Below are positions 1 to 10,300 of a stretch of 64,000 nt of DNA, piece after piece. Position 1 is the stretch's first letter, and the number at the start of each line of letters is the position of its first letter. The translations under genes were made by a program, and so were the position numbers. The notes beneath the pieces are model-generated. The model saw only the letters and a program-made list of their open reading frames with translations. It had not been told where the DNA came from and ran no database searches. This stretch comes from Verrucomicrobiaceae bacterium (GTDB lineage Bacteria > Verrucomicrobiota > Verrucomicrobiia > Verrucomicrobiales > Akkermansiaceae). The stretch covers positions 608,001 to 672,000 of the forward strand of contig JBPOGH010000001.1 in the NCBI GenBank assembly GCA_051252135.1. Direction: 5' to 3'.

Positions 1-2
1 GT

Positions 3-602
3 CAAACCGGTGCTGGCGTTCTTGGAGTGTCCACTGACCTCTGGCAAAACCATGTCGTTACCGTGGATGCCGATGGCAACACGGTCACCGATCAGGTGCT
101 TAACGACGCATCAGGAGCAGCGACCGTAGCGACAGTTTCCCATTTCGGATTTCGACGTCACAATACTGCCGGTCAAACACAGGCCTCAGGCAGTGAATCA
201 CCGTTGCAGGCCAGCGTTTACATGCGCCACCTGAATGAAAGTTCGAGCATCACAATCAAGAATCTCGAGCCGGGCAGCTCCGCAAATCTCGTGCTATTTG
301 CCACCTATCACCTTTCCGGCATCAATCGTGGCACCTCGTTCACCATCGACGCGACTACACTGTCCACCACAGGAGCCGGCGCAAGTACCACCGCAACCCT
401 CACAGCCGGACAAAACTACGTTCAGTTCACCGGACTGACGATTCCTCCTAGTGGAGAGCTTGACATTGCCATCGCCGGCAATGCCACAAACTTCTCTGAC
501 TTCAACGGATTTCAGTTGGACGCTACCATCGCCCCGGAGCCAAGCAGCCTCCTCCTCAGCGGAGTTGCCCTTCTGGGACTCATTCGCCGCAAACGTTCCT
601 AA
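3..602 (+). CDS. PEP-CTERM sorting domain protein (5'-truncated by window edge)
   Basis: Frame is open from base 3; ends APEPSSLLLSGVALLGLIRRKRS (PEP motif, hydrophobic helix, basic tail). Confidence 0.9.
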   Translation, partial: QTGAGVLGVSTDLWQNHVVTVDADGNTVTDQVLNDASGAATVATVSHFGFRRHNTAGQTQASGSESPLQASVYMRHLNESSSITIKNLEPGSSANLVLFATYHLSGINRGTSFTIDATTLSTTGAGASTTATLTAGQNYVQFTGLTIPPSGELDIAIAGNATNFSDFNGFQLDATIAPEPSSLLLSGVALLGLIRRKRS

Positions 603-629
603 TCGTTTATCTGATCTACGAATTTTCAC

Positions 630-660
630 ACCCCGGGCCTTGGATGGCTCGGGGTATGTT
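630..660 (+). terminator. Hairpin after first PEP-CTERM gene, probable terminator
   Basis: accccgggcc-ttggat-ggctcggggt stem; weak T tail; near-copy at 1604-1639. Confidence 0.55.
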
Positions 661-867
661 CAACTACGATATTCTTGATGCCCGCCCCAATAAAAAGATC
701 GCTGGCGTCAACCCAATCTGACAAATTGAGCCAGACTCCGTAGGGGACAAAACGAACCGCTTTCATACAAAAACAGACACATCCGGGCTCTACCTCCCCC
801 GGAACCTCTCAGACAATTCACCAAACGGATGGAAGATACCCCCTTCAACCTTAAAGAAATTCTCACT

Positions 868-1578
868 ATGATAAAAAAAACAACATTAACGACCCTTACG
901 GGTGTTGTAGCCATGACCTCTCTCGCGACTGGTGCAACTCTAATTGACTCCTCTGGAATCGCCGTGATTTCCGATGCTGCGCCCGACAACAACAGTGCAA
1001 ACTTTGCAGTAACAAACGTTCTCGACGGCGAAACTACGGAAGGTTGGCGCAATGCCACCAACTACGATCCCAACAATCCGGCCGGCGCATTCCCCGGCAC
1101 TGGCGTCAACCGTCCTGCGCAGCACCAAAACAACCACTACATCACTGAAGATGGAACCCAAACGGCCATTCTGACTTTTGATTTGGGCGGCACGTATGAC
1201 CTTGAACGAATTGACCTCCTCAATACTTCCAACACTGCTTGGAATGATCGCGAGACGGCCACTTTTTCAATCTCATCTTCAACAGATGGCACCAACTTCG
1301 CCTCACTTGTCGCTCTGACTGCACTGCAAAACTACACCGATGGTTTCCAGGCCGTTTCTGCAGTGGCCTCGGGAGTCACTCACGTTCAGATTACCATTAA
1401 CAACGACTCTGGAACAGGCACCGAACCCGGTGAACTCAGTCCCGGAACCCTCGCTTCAGCAAACGACACCGCCGTTGGCCTCAACGAGGTTCGTTTCTAC
1501 CAAACGGTTCCGGAACCTTCTTCCGCTCTGTTGGGTGGTGTCGCACTTCTCGGACTCCTTCGCCGTAAGCGCGCCTAA
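868..1578 (+). CDS. PEP-CTERM protein with discoidin/F5-8-like domain
   Basis: ATG 868 gives signal peptide MIKKTTLTTLTGVVAMTSLATGA; LTFDLGGTY and GLNEVRFY motifs; ends VPEPSSALLGGVALLGLLRRKRA. Confidence 0.9.
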   Translation: MIKKTTLTTLTGVVAMTSLATGATLIDSSGIAVISDAAPDNNSANFAVTNVLDGETTEGWRNATNYDPNNPAGAFPGTGVNRPAQHQNNHYITEDGTQTAILTFDLGGTYDLERIDLLNTSNTAWNDRETATFSISSSTDGTNFASLVALTALQNYTDGFQAVSAVASGVTHVQITINNDSGTGTEPGELSPGTLASANDTAVGLNEVRFYQTVPEPSSALLGGVALLGLLRRKRA

Positions 1579-1603
1579 TCGTTCTTTCGATTATCGAATT
1601 TTC

Positions 1604-1639
1604 ACACCCCCGGCCCCGGACGGCTCGGGGTGTTTTTTT
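1604..1639 (+). terminator. Rho-independent terminator
   Basis: GC-rich stem acaccccc...ggggtgt followed by a T run. Confidence 0.8.
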
Positions 1640-1739
1640 GTCTATGACTCCCACTGCGGGCGACCTGCCAATCATCCGGTTCTCGGTTGCTTTGAAACAC
1701 AAGCCGTCCAAACTGCTACCGACCAACTAATCCCACCTT

Positions 1740-3452
1740 ATGCGACTCATATTGATCATCACGGCATTCGTCACACTTGTCTCGAATGCCCGGGAATGGA
1801 CTGCGGCAGAGACCGAATCCTTTCAGGAGTCAGCTCGGGATCAACTCGGAGATATCGTGGAATTGCTTCGCGAAGGAAATCCCGAAGAACTCGCAGACTA
1901 CCTCGCATCTCCACATTCCGCTGTCGCCGGATCACTTCGCCCCTCATCCGAGCACGCCCTTTTGAATTCAACCAACGGAGGGATCACCACTCTTCGCTGG
2001 GAAGGTTCACCAGATGACACGCCACGTTCATTGGGCCTCGCTTTTGAAGAACTCTCCTCCAGTTGGCCGAAAGGCGGTGAGCCACGATTGAAGGTGAAAA
2101 ACTTTGATGTTCGCGTTCAGCCCGGTGGAAAGGAAATTGCGACCAGCACGGACTACGACGCCTTCATACAGGGAACGGAACGCTCCGTTCAACAGATCGG
2201 AAAATGGCGCTGCCTCTGGCAAATCGCAGACGAACCTGAAGCTCCTCCCCTCCTCAAATCAATCACCCTGCTCGAGCTGACTGAAACCACTTCCTCAAGA
2301 AGCGGACATCTCCTCAAAGATGTCACCCTCCCCGTTCTCGGCGACCTGCCCGCGTTTCAAAACATCCTCGCAAAAGGCGCAAACTATTGGATTCCCCGCC
2401 TCCCTCGCCTCAAACACCGATTCCAACATGGCTTGGCCGTCGGTGACCTCAATGGAGACGGCCTTGAAGAAATCTACCTCTGCCAACCCGAGGGCATTCC
2501 AAACATTCTCCTCATGCGACAGCCCGACGGATCAGTCCGTGATGCCGCCGCTGATTACGGGCTGAACTTCCGCGATATCTCAACCAGCGCGCTTTTTGCG
2601 GATTTCGATAATGACGGTGACCAGGACCTCGTCATCACCTTCCGCTCTCCCATCGATTTTTTCGAAAACGTCGGGGGAAAATTCATCCGTCGTCATTCGC
2701 TTCCCCATCGTGGGCAGGTCTTCAATCTCGCTGCTGCTGATTACGATTCCGACGGTTTCCTCGATCTCTACGTTTGCCAATATCAGAACCTTGATGAGCT
2801 CGGCCGCGCACCCGGTGCCATCCCCTTGCACGATGCCAAAAATGGCGGAAAAAACTCGCTCCACCGAAATCTCGGGAATTGGAAATTCGAGGACGTCACC
2901 ACATCCGTTGGACTCGATCAAAACAACGACCGCTGGACCGTCGCCGCAAGCTGGGAAGACTTCGATCGCGACGGCGACCTCGACCTCTACTGCGCGAATG
3001 ACTACGGACGGAATAATTTCTACCGCTGCGACACCGCAAAAGACGGCATCATCTCCTTCACCGACATTGCGCCCGAAACCGGGGTCGAAGACATGACCAC
3101 GAGCATGGGCATCAGCTGGGGCGACCCCAACCGGGATGGCATTCCCGATATTTATGTCTCAAACATGTATTCCTCGGCCGGACGCCGAATTGCCTTCCAA
3201 AAAGACTTCAAACGAAACATCGCCAAATCAACCACCGATCACGTCAAAGCCTGGCAACATGCAGCCATGGGAAACTCTCTCTTCCAGGGCCGTGCCGATG
3301 GCTCCTTTGTCCACGCCAGCAAAGTCTCCCGCGTTTACAAAGGGCGCTGGTCTTGGGGCACAACCTTTGCCGATCTCAATCATGATGGCTGGGATGACCT
3401 TCTCGTGGCCAATGGCTTCATCACTGGAATTGGAACCCTCCCCGACCTCTGA
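1740..3452 (+). CDS. Exported FG-GAP/VCBS repeat (CRTAC1-like) protein; probably N-terminal part of a 1740-5390 read-through protein
   Basis: Signal peptide; repeated DxxxDGxxD motifs (GDLNGDGLEE, DFDNDGDQD, DYDSDGFLD, DFDRDGDLD, DLNHDGWDD); ends at TGA in frame with next ORF. Confidence 0.85.
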   Translation: MRLILIITAFVTLVSNAREWTAAETESFQESARDQLGDIVELLREGNPEELADYLASPHSAVAGSLRPSSEHALLNSTNGGITTLRWEGSPDDTPRSLGLAFEELSSSWPKGGEPRLKVKNFDVRVQPGGKEIATSTDYDAFIQGTERSVQQIGKWRCLWQIADEPEAPPLLKSITLLELTETTSSRSGHLLKDVTLPVLGDLPAFQNILAKGANYWIPRLPRLKHRFQHGLAVGDLNGDGLEEIYLCQPEGIPNILLMRQPDGSVRDAAADYGLNFRDISTSALFADFDNDGDQDLVITFRSPIDFFENVGGKFIRRHSLPHRGQVFNLAAADYDSDGFLDLYVCQYQNLDELGRAPGAIPLHDAKNGGKNSLHRNLGNWKFEDVTTSVGLDQNNDRWTVAASWEDFDRDGDLDLYCANDYGRNNFYRCDTAKDGIISFTDIAPETGVEDMTTSMGISWGDPNRDGIPDIYVSNMYSSAGRRIAFQKDFKRNIAKSTTDHVKAWQHAAMGNSLFQGRADGSFVHASKVSRVYKGRWSWGTTFADLNHDGWDDLLVANGFITGIGTLPDL

Positions 3453-3481
3453 AGTTTTTACTGGCGACAAGTTGTGTCGCA
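3450..3481 (+). promoter_or_regulatory. In-frame UGA plus candidate bacterial SECIS hairpin
   Basis: TGA 3450-3452, 11-nt spacer, perfect stem gcgaca (3464-3469)/tgtcgc (3475-3480), loop agttg. Confidence 0.6.
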
Positions 3482-5390
3482 TGCCCCTGTCGAGGCCTCG
3501 GATTACCAGGGAGAAGAACTCGCTTACGCCAAAGCAACCGAAGAACTCAACAGCTTGGTCGATGCCGGAACTCCGTGGAGCGGCAGCGAAAGGAACCAAG
3601 TCTTTCTCAATCTCGGAAAGCAACTTGGGAACGATAAATCAACCGAATTCGCCGACATCTCGGCCGTCGCCGGCTTCGATTTTCCTGATGACTCCCGCGG
3701 CCTCACCTCACTGGATTGGGACCTCGATGGTGACCTTGATTTCCTAACCACCAATCGCACCGCACCCCGCGTGCGCCTCTTTGAAAATCAATTTCCACTC
3801 CGTGATCGATCATCTCTTTCAGTGAAGCTGATAGGAACCAAAGTGAATCGGGACGCCATTGGCAGCAGAGTGGAATTAACCATCACCAATGACAAAAAAG
3901 AAAAAACCTTACTCCACCGCACTCTCACCGCCGGACACGGTTTCCTGAGCCAGGCCAGCAAGTGGATCCACTTTGGAATCCCGGAAAACACTCGGATCGA
4001 AACGCTCACCGTTTTTTGGGATGGCCAAACCAAAGAGAATTTCCCTGACCTCAAAGCTGGCGGCTTCTTTCAGTTGAAACAGGGAACCCAAAAACCTTCA
4101 CCCTGGAATCCCCCCTTCAAACCAGCCATCCCAAGCTCCAGCGAATACGAGTTGGAACCTCTGTCCCCCACTTCGATGGCCCACCTCGAGCGCCCGCTCC
4201 CACTCCCCGATCTTCCTGTCATCGACCAATCGGGAAAAGAAACCAATCTCAGCTTCCCGCTCGATAAGCCCATTCTCCTCAATCTTTGGGCCACATGGTG
4301 CCCGGACTGCGCCGGAGAACTCACGGACTTTGCAGCACATCGCAGCGACTTCGAAAAAACAGGAGTGGAACTTGTTACGCTCTGCGTCGATATCCAGCTG
4401 GGCGATGCCGAAGGACGCGCCAAAGCATTGAAAATCCTATCGGAAAAGGGAGTCACCTCACGTCCCCTGTTTGTCACCGGGAAGACCCTCGACCTCATTC
4501 ATCTCTGTCACGCCGTCCCCTTCATCCGCCCGGAACAACTCCCCGCACCCAGCTCGCTCCTGATCACCGCAGATGGACATCTCCGGACCGTCTTCCGCGG
4601 TGCTGCCGATCAGCATGAACTCATCCTCGCCCTTCAAGCCGCCACTTTGGAAAATGAACAATGGCAGGCTTTCGCCCGCCCCGCAGAAGGACCATGGGTC
4701 TACGGACCAGATGTAATCGCCTACTCCGGCGTCGCTAAAAGCATGATCGAACAAGATTGGCTCCAAGAAGCCGGAAGCTATCTCCTTGAACGAAAAGACA
4801 GCCTTAAAGATGACGGAAAACTTTACCCTGAACTTCTCATGCTCACGGGGACCCGCTTTTTGGAACAAAATCTCCGGAACCACGGCATTTGCATGCTGGA
4901 AGCAGCCGTCGAAGCGGCGCCAGAACTCGCCGCCGCCCGGAACAATCTCGCCGTCGCCCTCCTTCAAATGAACCGGGGAGCCGAAGCCGTCCCCCATTTG
5001 GAAGCCGCAATCAATGCGGACCCGGACTTCCTCAACCCAAGAATGAATCTTGCCCAGTATCACACCAATACCGGGAATCACGATATCGCCCTCAATCTGA
5101 TCACCCCTGTCTTGCAGAAACAATATCATCCCAAGGCCATTCGAATCCGCGCTCAGATCGAGGTCGCGCGCCAAGATTTTCGAACCCTCCTGAAGACCTT
5201 TCAATTGATCTCTCAAAACGAACCCCAAGATCCTGGCGCCTGGATCAATTTGGGAAAACTCTACCAACAATTCGGTAACACTCGTGAAGCGCTCCATTCA
5301 TTCGAGTCTGCCTCAACCTTGCTCCCTCAAAACAAGCAGCTCATCGCAGCGATCGCACAACTCCGGGAAAAGCTAAAAAATTCAAAATAG
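3474..5390 (+). CDS. FG-GAP + ASPIC/UnbV + TlpA-like thioredoxin + TPR protein; probably C-terminal part of the read-through protein
   Basis: DWDLDGDLD repeat; NRDAIGSRVE...GHGFLSQ...HFG (ASPIC/UnbV-like); NLWATWCPDC; C-terminal TPR-like helices; no signal peptide of its own. Confidence 0.85.
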   Translation: MSHAPVEASDYQGEELAYAKATEELNSLVDAGTPWSGSERNQVFLNLGKQLGNDKSTEFADISAVAGFDFPDDSRGLTSLDWDLDGDLDFLTTNRTAPRVRLFENQFPLRDRSSLSVKLIGTKVNRDAIGSRVELTITNDKKEKTLLHRTLTAGHGFLSQASKWIHFGIPENTRIETLTVFWDGQTKENFPDLKAGGFFQLKQGTQKPSPWNPPFKPAIPSSSEYELEPLSPTSMAHLERPLPLPDLPVIDQSGKETNLSFPLDKPILLNLWATWCPDCAGELTDFAAHRSDFEKTGVELVTLCVDIQLGDAEGRAKALKILSEKGVTSRPLFVTGKTLDLIHLCHAVPFIRPEQLPAPSSLLITADGHLRTVFRGAADQHELILALQAATLENEQWQAFARPAEGPWVYGPDVIAYSGVAKSMIEQDWLQEAGSYLLERKDSLKDDGKLYPELLMLTGTRFLEQNLRNHGICMLEAAVEAAPELAAARNNLAVALLQMNRGAEAVPHLEAAINADPDFLNPRMNLAQYHTNTGNHDIALNLITPVLQKQYHPKAIRIRAQIEVARQDFRTLLKTFQLISQNEPQDPGAWINLGKLYQQFGNTREALHSFESASTLLPQNKQLIAAIAQLREKLKNSK

Positions 5391-5400
5391 CCCCCTCTTT

Positions 5401-5429
5401 TTGACACCTCTTTAGCCCAAATGCACCAT
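5401..5429 (+). promoter_or_regulatory. Candidate sigma70-type promoter
   Basis: TTGACA 5401-5406, 17-nt spacer, weak -10 CACCAT, upstream of ATG 5559. Confidence 0.3.
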
Positions 5430-5558
5430 GTCACCCCTGTATTTCCGGAATATTGGACCTAGGTTAAGTTGTATGTCAGATTAGATGCTCTCCGTCTCAC
5501 TCGTCAAACTCTCGCAACATTACAAACCGCCCACTCGATTCTACGGAATCGCATTCCC

Positions 5559-7340
5559 ATGAAAAAACGAAACAAACTTTCACTCACCGTCGCGCTCACG
5601 ATGTCCTTCCCCGTCGCGATGAAAGCGCAGGAAACGCAAATCGATTCCACCACCATCACCGCGACCGCATCGAACTCGTTCGATGCCCGCTTCACTCCTG
5701 ATCATATTTTGGATGGCGAAACTCTCGAGGGCTTCCGCAATACCGGCGATGCCGGTCCTCCCGAACGACCGGCACAACACCAGGGCAATCACTGGATCAC
5801 CGCCGACAATAATCTCACCGCTACTTTGACCTTCAATCTCGGAGGGGTTTACAACCTCACACGCCTCGAAGTCCTCAACAGCTCCAACACCAACTGGAAT
5901 GACCGGGAGACCGATCAATTCACCATCGAAACATCCACTGACGGAGGAGACACTTGGTCCGCTCCTTCCTCCCCTGTCGAACTTCAGGATTATGTCGATG
6001 GCTTCCAGGAAGTAATCGTCGATGCCGAAGGCATCAACAGCATCCGGCTCAACTGCGAAAACCTCGACAACGATCAGGATATTGCCGATGGCACGACCGA
6101 CACCGGAGTCGGCCTCAATGAAATTCGATTCTTCGCTACCCCTCCCGAGGATTCCGATGATGACGGCCTCCCTGACAGTTGGGAAATTTCTTTCTTTGGT
6201 GACCTCTCTCGCACCGGAGACTCTGACGATGATGTCGATGAAAACGACGCTCCCGCTCCCGATGGACTCACCAATGCGGAGGAGCTGGCTAATGGCACCA
6301 GCCCTATCGATCCGGACTCGGACGACGACACCCTTCTTGATGGAGCCGAAGTAAAGACCCACAATAGTAATCCTCTTGCCAAGGATACCGACGGAGATCG
6401 ACTCACCGATCCGGAGGAAGTTAATATCCACGGCTCTAATCCTACCCTTGTCGATACCGACGGAGACGAACTCAATGACTTTGCCGAGGTCAACACCTTC
6501 ATGACTCTTCCGAATGATGACGACACTGACGACGACACCTTGCTGGATGGAGCTGAAGTCTTGCACCTCCTCACCGATCCACTCGTTTTCACAAGCCGGG
6601 TTGGCTTGATCGACCCAACAATGATCACCGTCACGGCGGGCTCGACCCAGGAGCCCCGCTTTGATGCTCAAAATCTCGTCGATGAACTGACTCTGGAAGG
6701 TTTTAAAGATCAGGCTGACCCGGATGGCCTCCGCCCAACCCAGCACCAGGATAACCACTGGATGGCGGACGACGGCGTTTTCAACGAGACCCTTACCTTC
6801 GATCTCGGTGCCACCTACAATCTCACCCACCTCGAGATTCGGAACACCTCAAACACCAACTGGAATGACGCCGAGACCAATACCTTCACCACCGCGACCT
6901 CTACCGATGGAGGGACCACATTCTCCACACCTTCCAAGGCCATCACTCTGCAGGATTACCTTGATGGATTCCAAACGGTGCCCCTCATCGCAGCCGGTGT
7001 TACGCATGTTCAACTCGCAGTGACCAATATCGAAGGCGACGGACCGGAAGTTGAACGCCGCGTCGGACTGAACGAAGTTCGCTTCTACGAAGGTGAGGCA
7101 GGAGGAATCAAAATTCAGTCGATCGTTCGTGGACTGAACGGAGCCAATCAACCTGCCACCACCATCTCTTTCACGAGCATTCCTAATGCTACGTATAAAG
7201 TCGAAGCCAGCGTCGACCTTGAAAATTGGATTGAGATTAACGACAGCATCACATCTGAAGGTTTGTCCACCGTCTTCATCGATGACGATCCAACCATTCA
7301 AGAAGAGCTTACGGTCTTTTATCGGGTTCTCCTGAAGTAA
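5559..7340 (+). CDS. Exported protein: two discoidin-like domains, acidic DxDxD repeats, C-terminal FYRV domain
   Basis: ATG 5559 gives signal peptide MKKRNKLSLTVAL...AMKA; two RPxQHQxNHW/NxSNTNWND domains; five DxDxDxLxD repeats; ends FYRVLLK. Confidence 0.85.
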   Translation: MKKRNKLSLTVALTMSFPVAMKAQETQIDSTTITATASNSFDARFTPDHILDGETLEGFRNTGDAGPPERPAQHQGNHWITADNNLTATLTFNLGGVYNLTRLEVLNSSNTNWNDRETDQFTIETSTDGGDTWSAPSSPVELQDYVDGFQEVIVDAEGINSIRLNCENLDNDQDIADGTTDTGVGLNEIRFFATPPEDSDDDGLPDSWEISFFGDLSRTGDSDDDVDENDAPAPDGLTNAEELANGTSPIDPDSDDDTLLDGAEVKTHNSNPLAKDTDGDRLTDPEEVNIHGSNPTLVDTDGDELNDFAEVNTFMTLPNDDDTDDDTLLDGAEVLHLLTDPLVFTSRVGLIDPTMITVTAGSTQEPRFDAQNLVDELTLEGFKDQADPDGLRPTQHQDNHWMADDGVFNETLTFDLGATYNLTHLEIRNTSNTNWNDAETNTFTTATSTDGGTTFSTPSKAITLQDYLDGFQTVPLIAAGVTHVQLAVTNIEGDGPEVERRVGLNEVRFYEGEAGGIKIQSIVRGLNGANQPATTISFTSIPNATYKVEASVDLENWIEINDSITSEGLSTVFIDDDPTIQEELTVFYRVLLK

Positions 7341-7354
7341 GAATAACCATTCAC

Positions 7355-10300
7355 ATGCTCCTGAACTCCAGATCTCTTCCATGGCTCTATCTCTTGGCTC
7401 TCACCAAAGCGACGTTGGCATTCGATTCCATCGTCGTAATCAATGAGATTCAATATCACCCCGAGGGAGATGACGCGGCGCTGGAGTTCCTCGAGCTTTA
7501 CAATCAAAACACGGTAAACGTCGATCTCTCTGGCTGGAGAATTTCCGGAGGTGTCGACTTCGTCTTTCCTGAAGGAACGATTCTCGACGGCCAAAGCTAT
7601 CTCGTCATCGCCGCCGCACCTGCGACTCTGGAAGATGCTTCGGGTATCGACGGCGCCTACGGCCCTTGGGAGGGCGCGCTTGAAAACAAAGGCGAGACCC
7701 TTCGCCTCCGAAACGGAAATGACCGCATCATGGATGAGGTCGAATACAACGACCGCTTCCCTTGGCCTGTCGCTGCCGATGGCTCTGGGGCCAGCCTTTC
7801 CAAACTCCGCCCCGACACCACCGGCGTACTCGTCGCCAATTGGCACTTTTCCCTGGAAAACGGAGGCACCCCGGGAGCGCCCAACTTCATCGACCCCAGC
7901 TCCGTCACTCCGGGCCTTCGAATCAGTGAAGTGTCTGCAGCAGGAGCCAATTTTTCCATCGAACTGTTGCACACCGGTACCAATCCCCTCAATCTGGCCA
8001 ATCACATTTTGGCGACATCCGGAAATCCCGGAAACGAATACACCTTCCCCGGACCCCTCGATATTTTGCAACCGGGAGAACGAAGAGTGATCGAATCCGC
8101 TGAACTCGGTTTCACCCCCCCAGCAACCGAGCGACTTTTCCTCTTGGGCAAAGACCGTGAGACCGTGCTCGATGGAGTGGACTTAAAAACCTCCGCTCAA
8201 GCCCGCGATTTCACGGGCCAAAGCGACGAATTTCTTCAGCCCAACTCGCTGACCCCGAACGCCGAAAACGACATCACCTATCGTGATGAGATCGTGATCA
8301 ACGAAATCATGTATTCTCATCGGCCCCAGTATGCCAGCGAAGGAGTCCAACCTTCATTTGCTGAGCAAGCCATCTTCGACTTCAACAAGACATGGCGCTT
8401 TAACGACTCGGGGAACGATCTTGGCACCGGCTGGGCCGACTCCAGTCATGTGGTGGGCGGAGATTGGAAAAGCGGACCCGCGCCCATCGGACGGGAAAGT
8501 GCCGATGATATCGACCCACCCATCGCGACTGCGGCTACCGTTAATTTTTTCAGCAACTACATCTCAACTTACTACTTCGAGACTGACTTCGACATCAACG
8601 CGCAAGACCTCGCAGGGATCACTCAACTCAAGCTGACCCACATGATCGATGACGGTGCAGTCTTCTACCTCAACGGTCAGGAAATCGGTCGGGTCAATCT
8701 CCCCGAGGGAGTCATCACCTACGAAACACGGGCTCTCGAAAACATCGAAGCCGATCAACAAACGCTCATCATCAACCCCACCAATCTTCTCGCAGGCAAC
8801 AACCGATTCTCGATCGAAGTTCATCAAACGGAAGGCAGCAGCAGTGACATCGTGATGGCGCTCGCCCTTTCCACCCTCGAAGAAATTCCTTCGGACGACC
8901 CTCCCCGGGATTATGAAGTAATCGAGGAGGAATGGATTGAACTCTACAATCGCTCGCAAGACTCCGTAGACCTGGGCGGATGGAAGATCGAGGACGCCGT
9001 TGATTTTGAATTCCCGCAAGGCACTCAGCTCGGAAGCGGCGAATATCTGGTTGTCGCAAAAGACGCCGCGGCTCTCGCCAGCAAATTTTCCGGCATCACC
9101 ATTCTGGGAGACTTCTCGGGTTCACTCTCGAATAGCAGGGAAAATGTCCGCCTCAGTGACGCCCGGGGAAACCCGGCCGATGAAGTCTACTACCACGATG
9201 GCTCCCCTTGGCCCGGTGCCGCCGATGCCGGCGGGTCCAGCATCGAACTCCTCAACCCGGAGATCGATAACGCCAAAGCAAGCTCTTGGGCTGCCAGCTC
9301 AAACGCAGCGACCTCGGAATGGAAAAATTACTCCTACACCGCCACTGCCGCCCTTCCTCACTATCGTCCAAACATCCTTAACTTCCACGAACTCCGTCTC
9401 GGTCTGCTCGAAGGTGGCGAGGTTTTACTCGATGACGTTTCCGTTCTTGAAAACCCTACCACAGCCCCACGCGAGCTGATGCAAAATGGTGGATTCAACA
9501 ATGGATCCGATTCTTGGCGACTTCTTGGCACACACCAGCACTCGAGCGTGATCGATGATGATGGAAATGCCGTCCTCAAAGTTGTCGCCACTGGTTCCAT
9601 GAACTATCTCAACAACTTGCTTGAGACCTCGCTCAAAGCCGATGGCAACCTCGTCCCCGTCGTTCCGGGAACTGAGTATCGCATTTCCTTCCGGGCCAAA
9701 TGGCTCAAAGGCAGCCCGCAGTTCCGCGCCGAACTTTACTACAACCAACTTGCCGAACTCTTCATTCTCGAACAGCCCGAAACCCACGGAACTCCGGGCT
9801 CACAAAATTCGACTTTTGTTACGAACCCCGGACCACAAGGTTCCCGGTTAAAACACGATCCCGCCGTTCCGGATTCCAATCAAGCGATCACCGTCAGCGC
9901 TCACCTCTCCGATCCCGATGGCATTTCCTCCGCGACCCTCCATTACTCGGTAAATGGCTCTTCCTTCCAGCAAGTCACGATGGCGGAATCCGGAATCTCA
10001 GACATCTGGACCGGACAAATCCCCGGGCAATCAACCGCTGCTCGCATCCAGTTCTACCTCGAAATGACTGATGGCGCGGCCCAGCCCGTCACTGCATTTC
10101 ACCCACCGGCAGGTCCGGATTCCCGGGCCATGGTTCAGGTAAAAGACAACCGCGCGTCCACTGTCAGACAGAACATCCGCGTCATCCTCCCTTCCAGTGA
10201 CTCCAATGCGATGCACAACGCTGCGGACCTCCTTTCAAATGATCGCTACCCATGCACCGTGATCGTCAATGAACAGGATATTCACTACGACTGCGGCATC

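Noticed and set aside
3450..3452. Genome-wide UGA reassignment (code 4 or 25) as the explanation for the in-frame TGA
   Set aside because: TGA acts as a normal stop elsewhere, e.g. 43311-43313 and 44423-44425 in ATGA overlaps at sensible protein ends.
1740..5390. Simple pseudogene call
   Set aside because: Both halves are otherwise intact with conserved motifs and the stop is followed by a well-placed hairpin; not fully excluded without homologue data.
6150..6580. Periodic acidic repeats as a CRISPR-like or non-coding array
   Set aside because: They are in-frame DxDxDxLxD protein repeats with variable codons.
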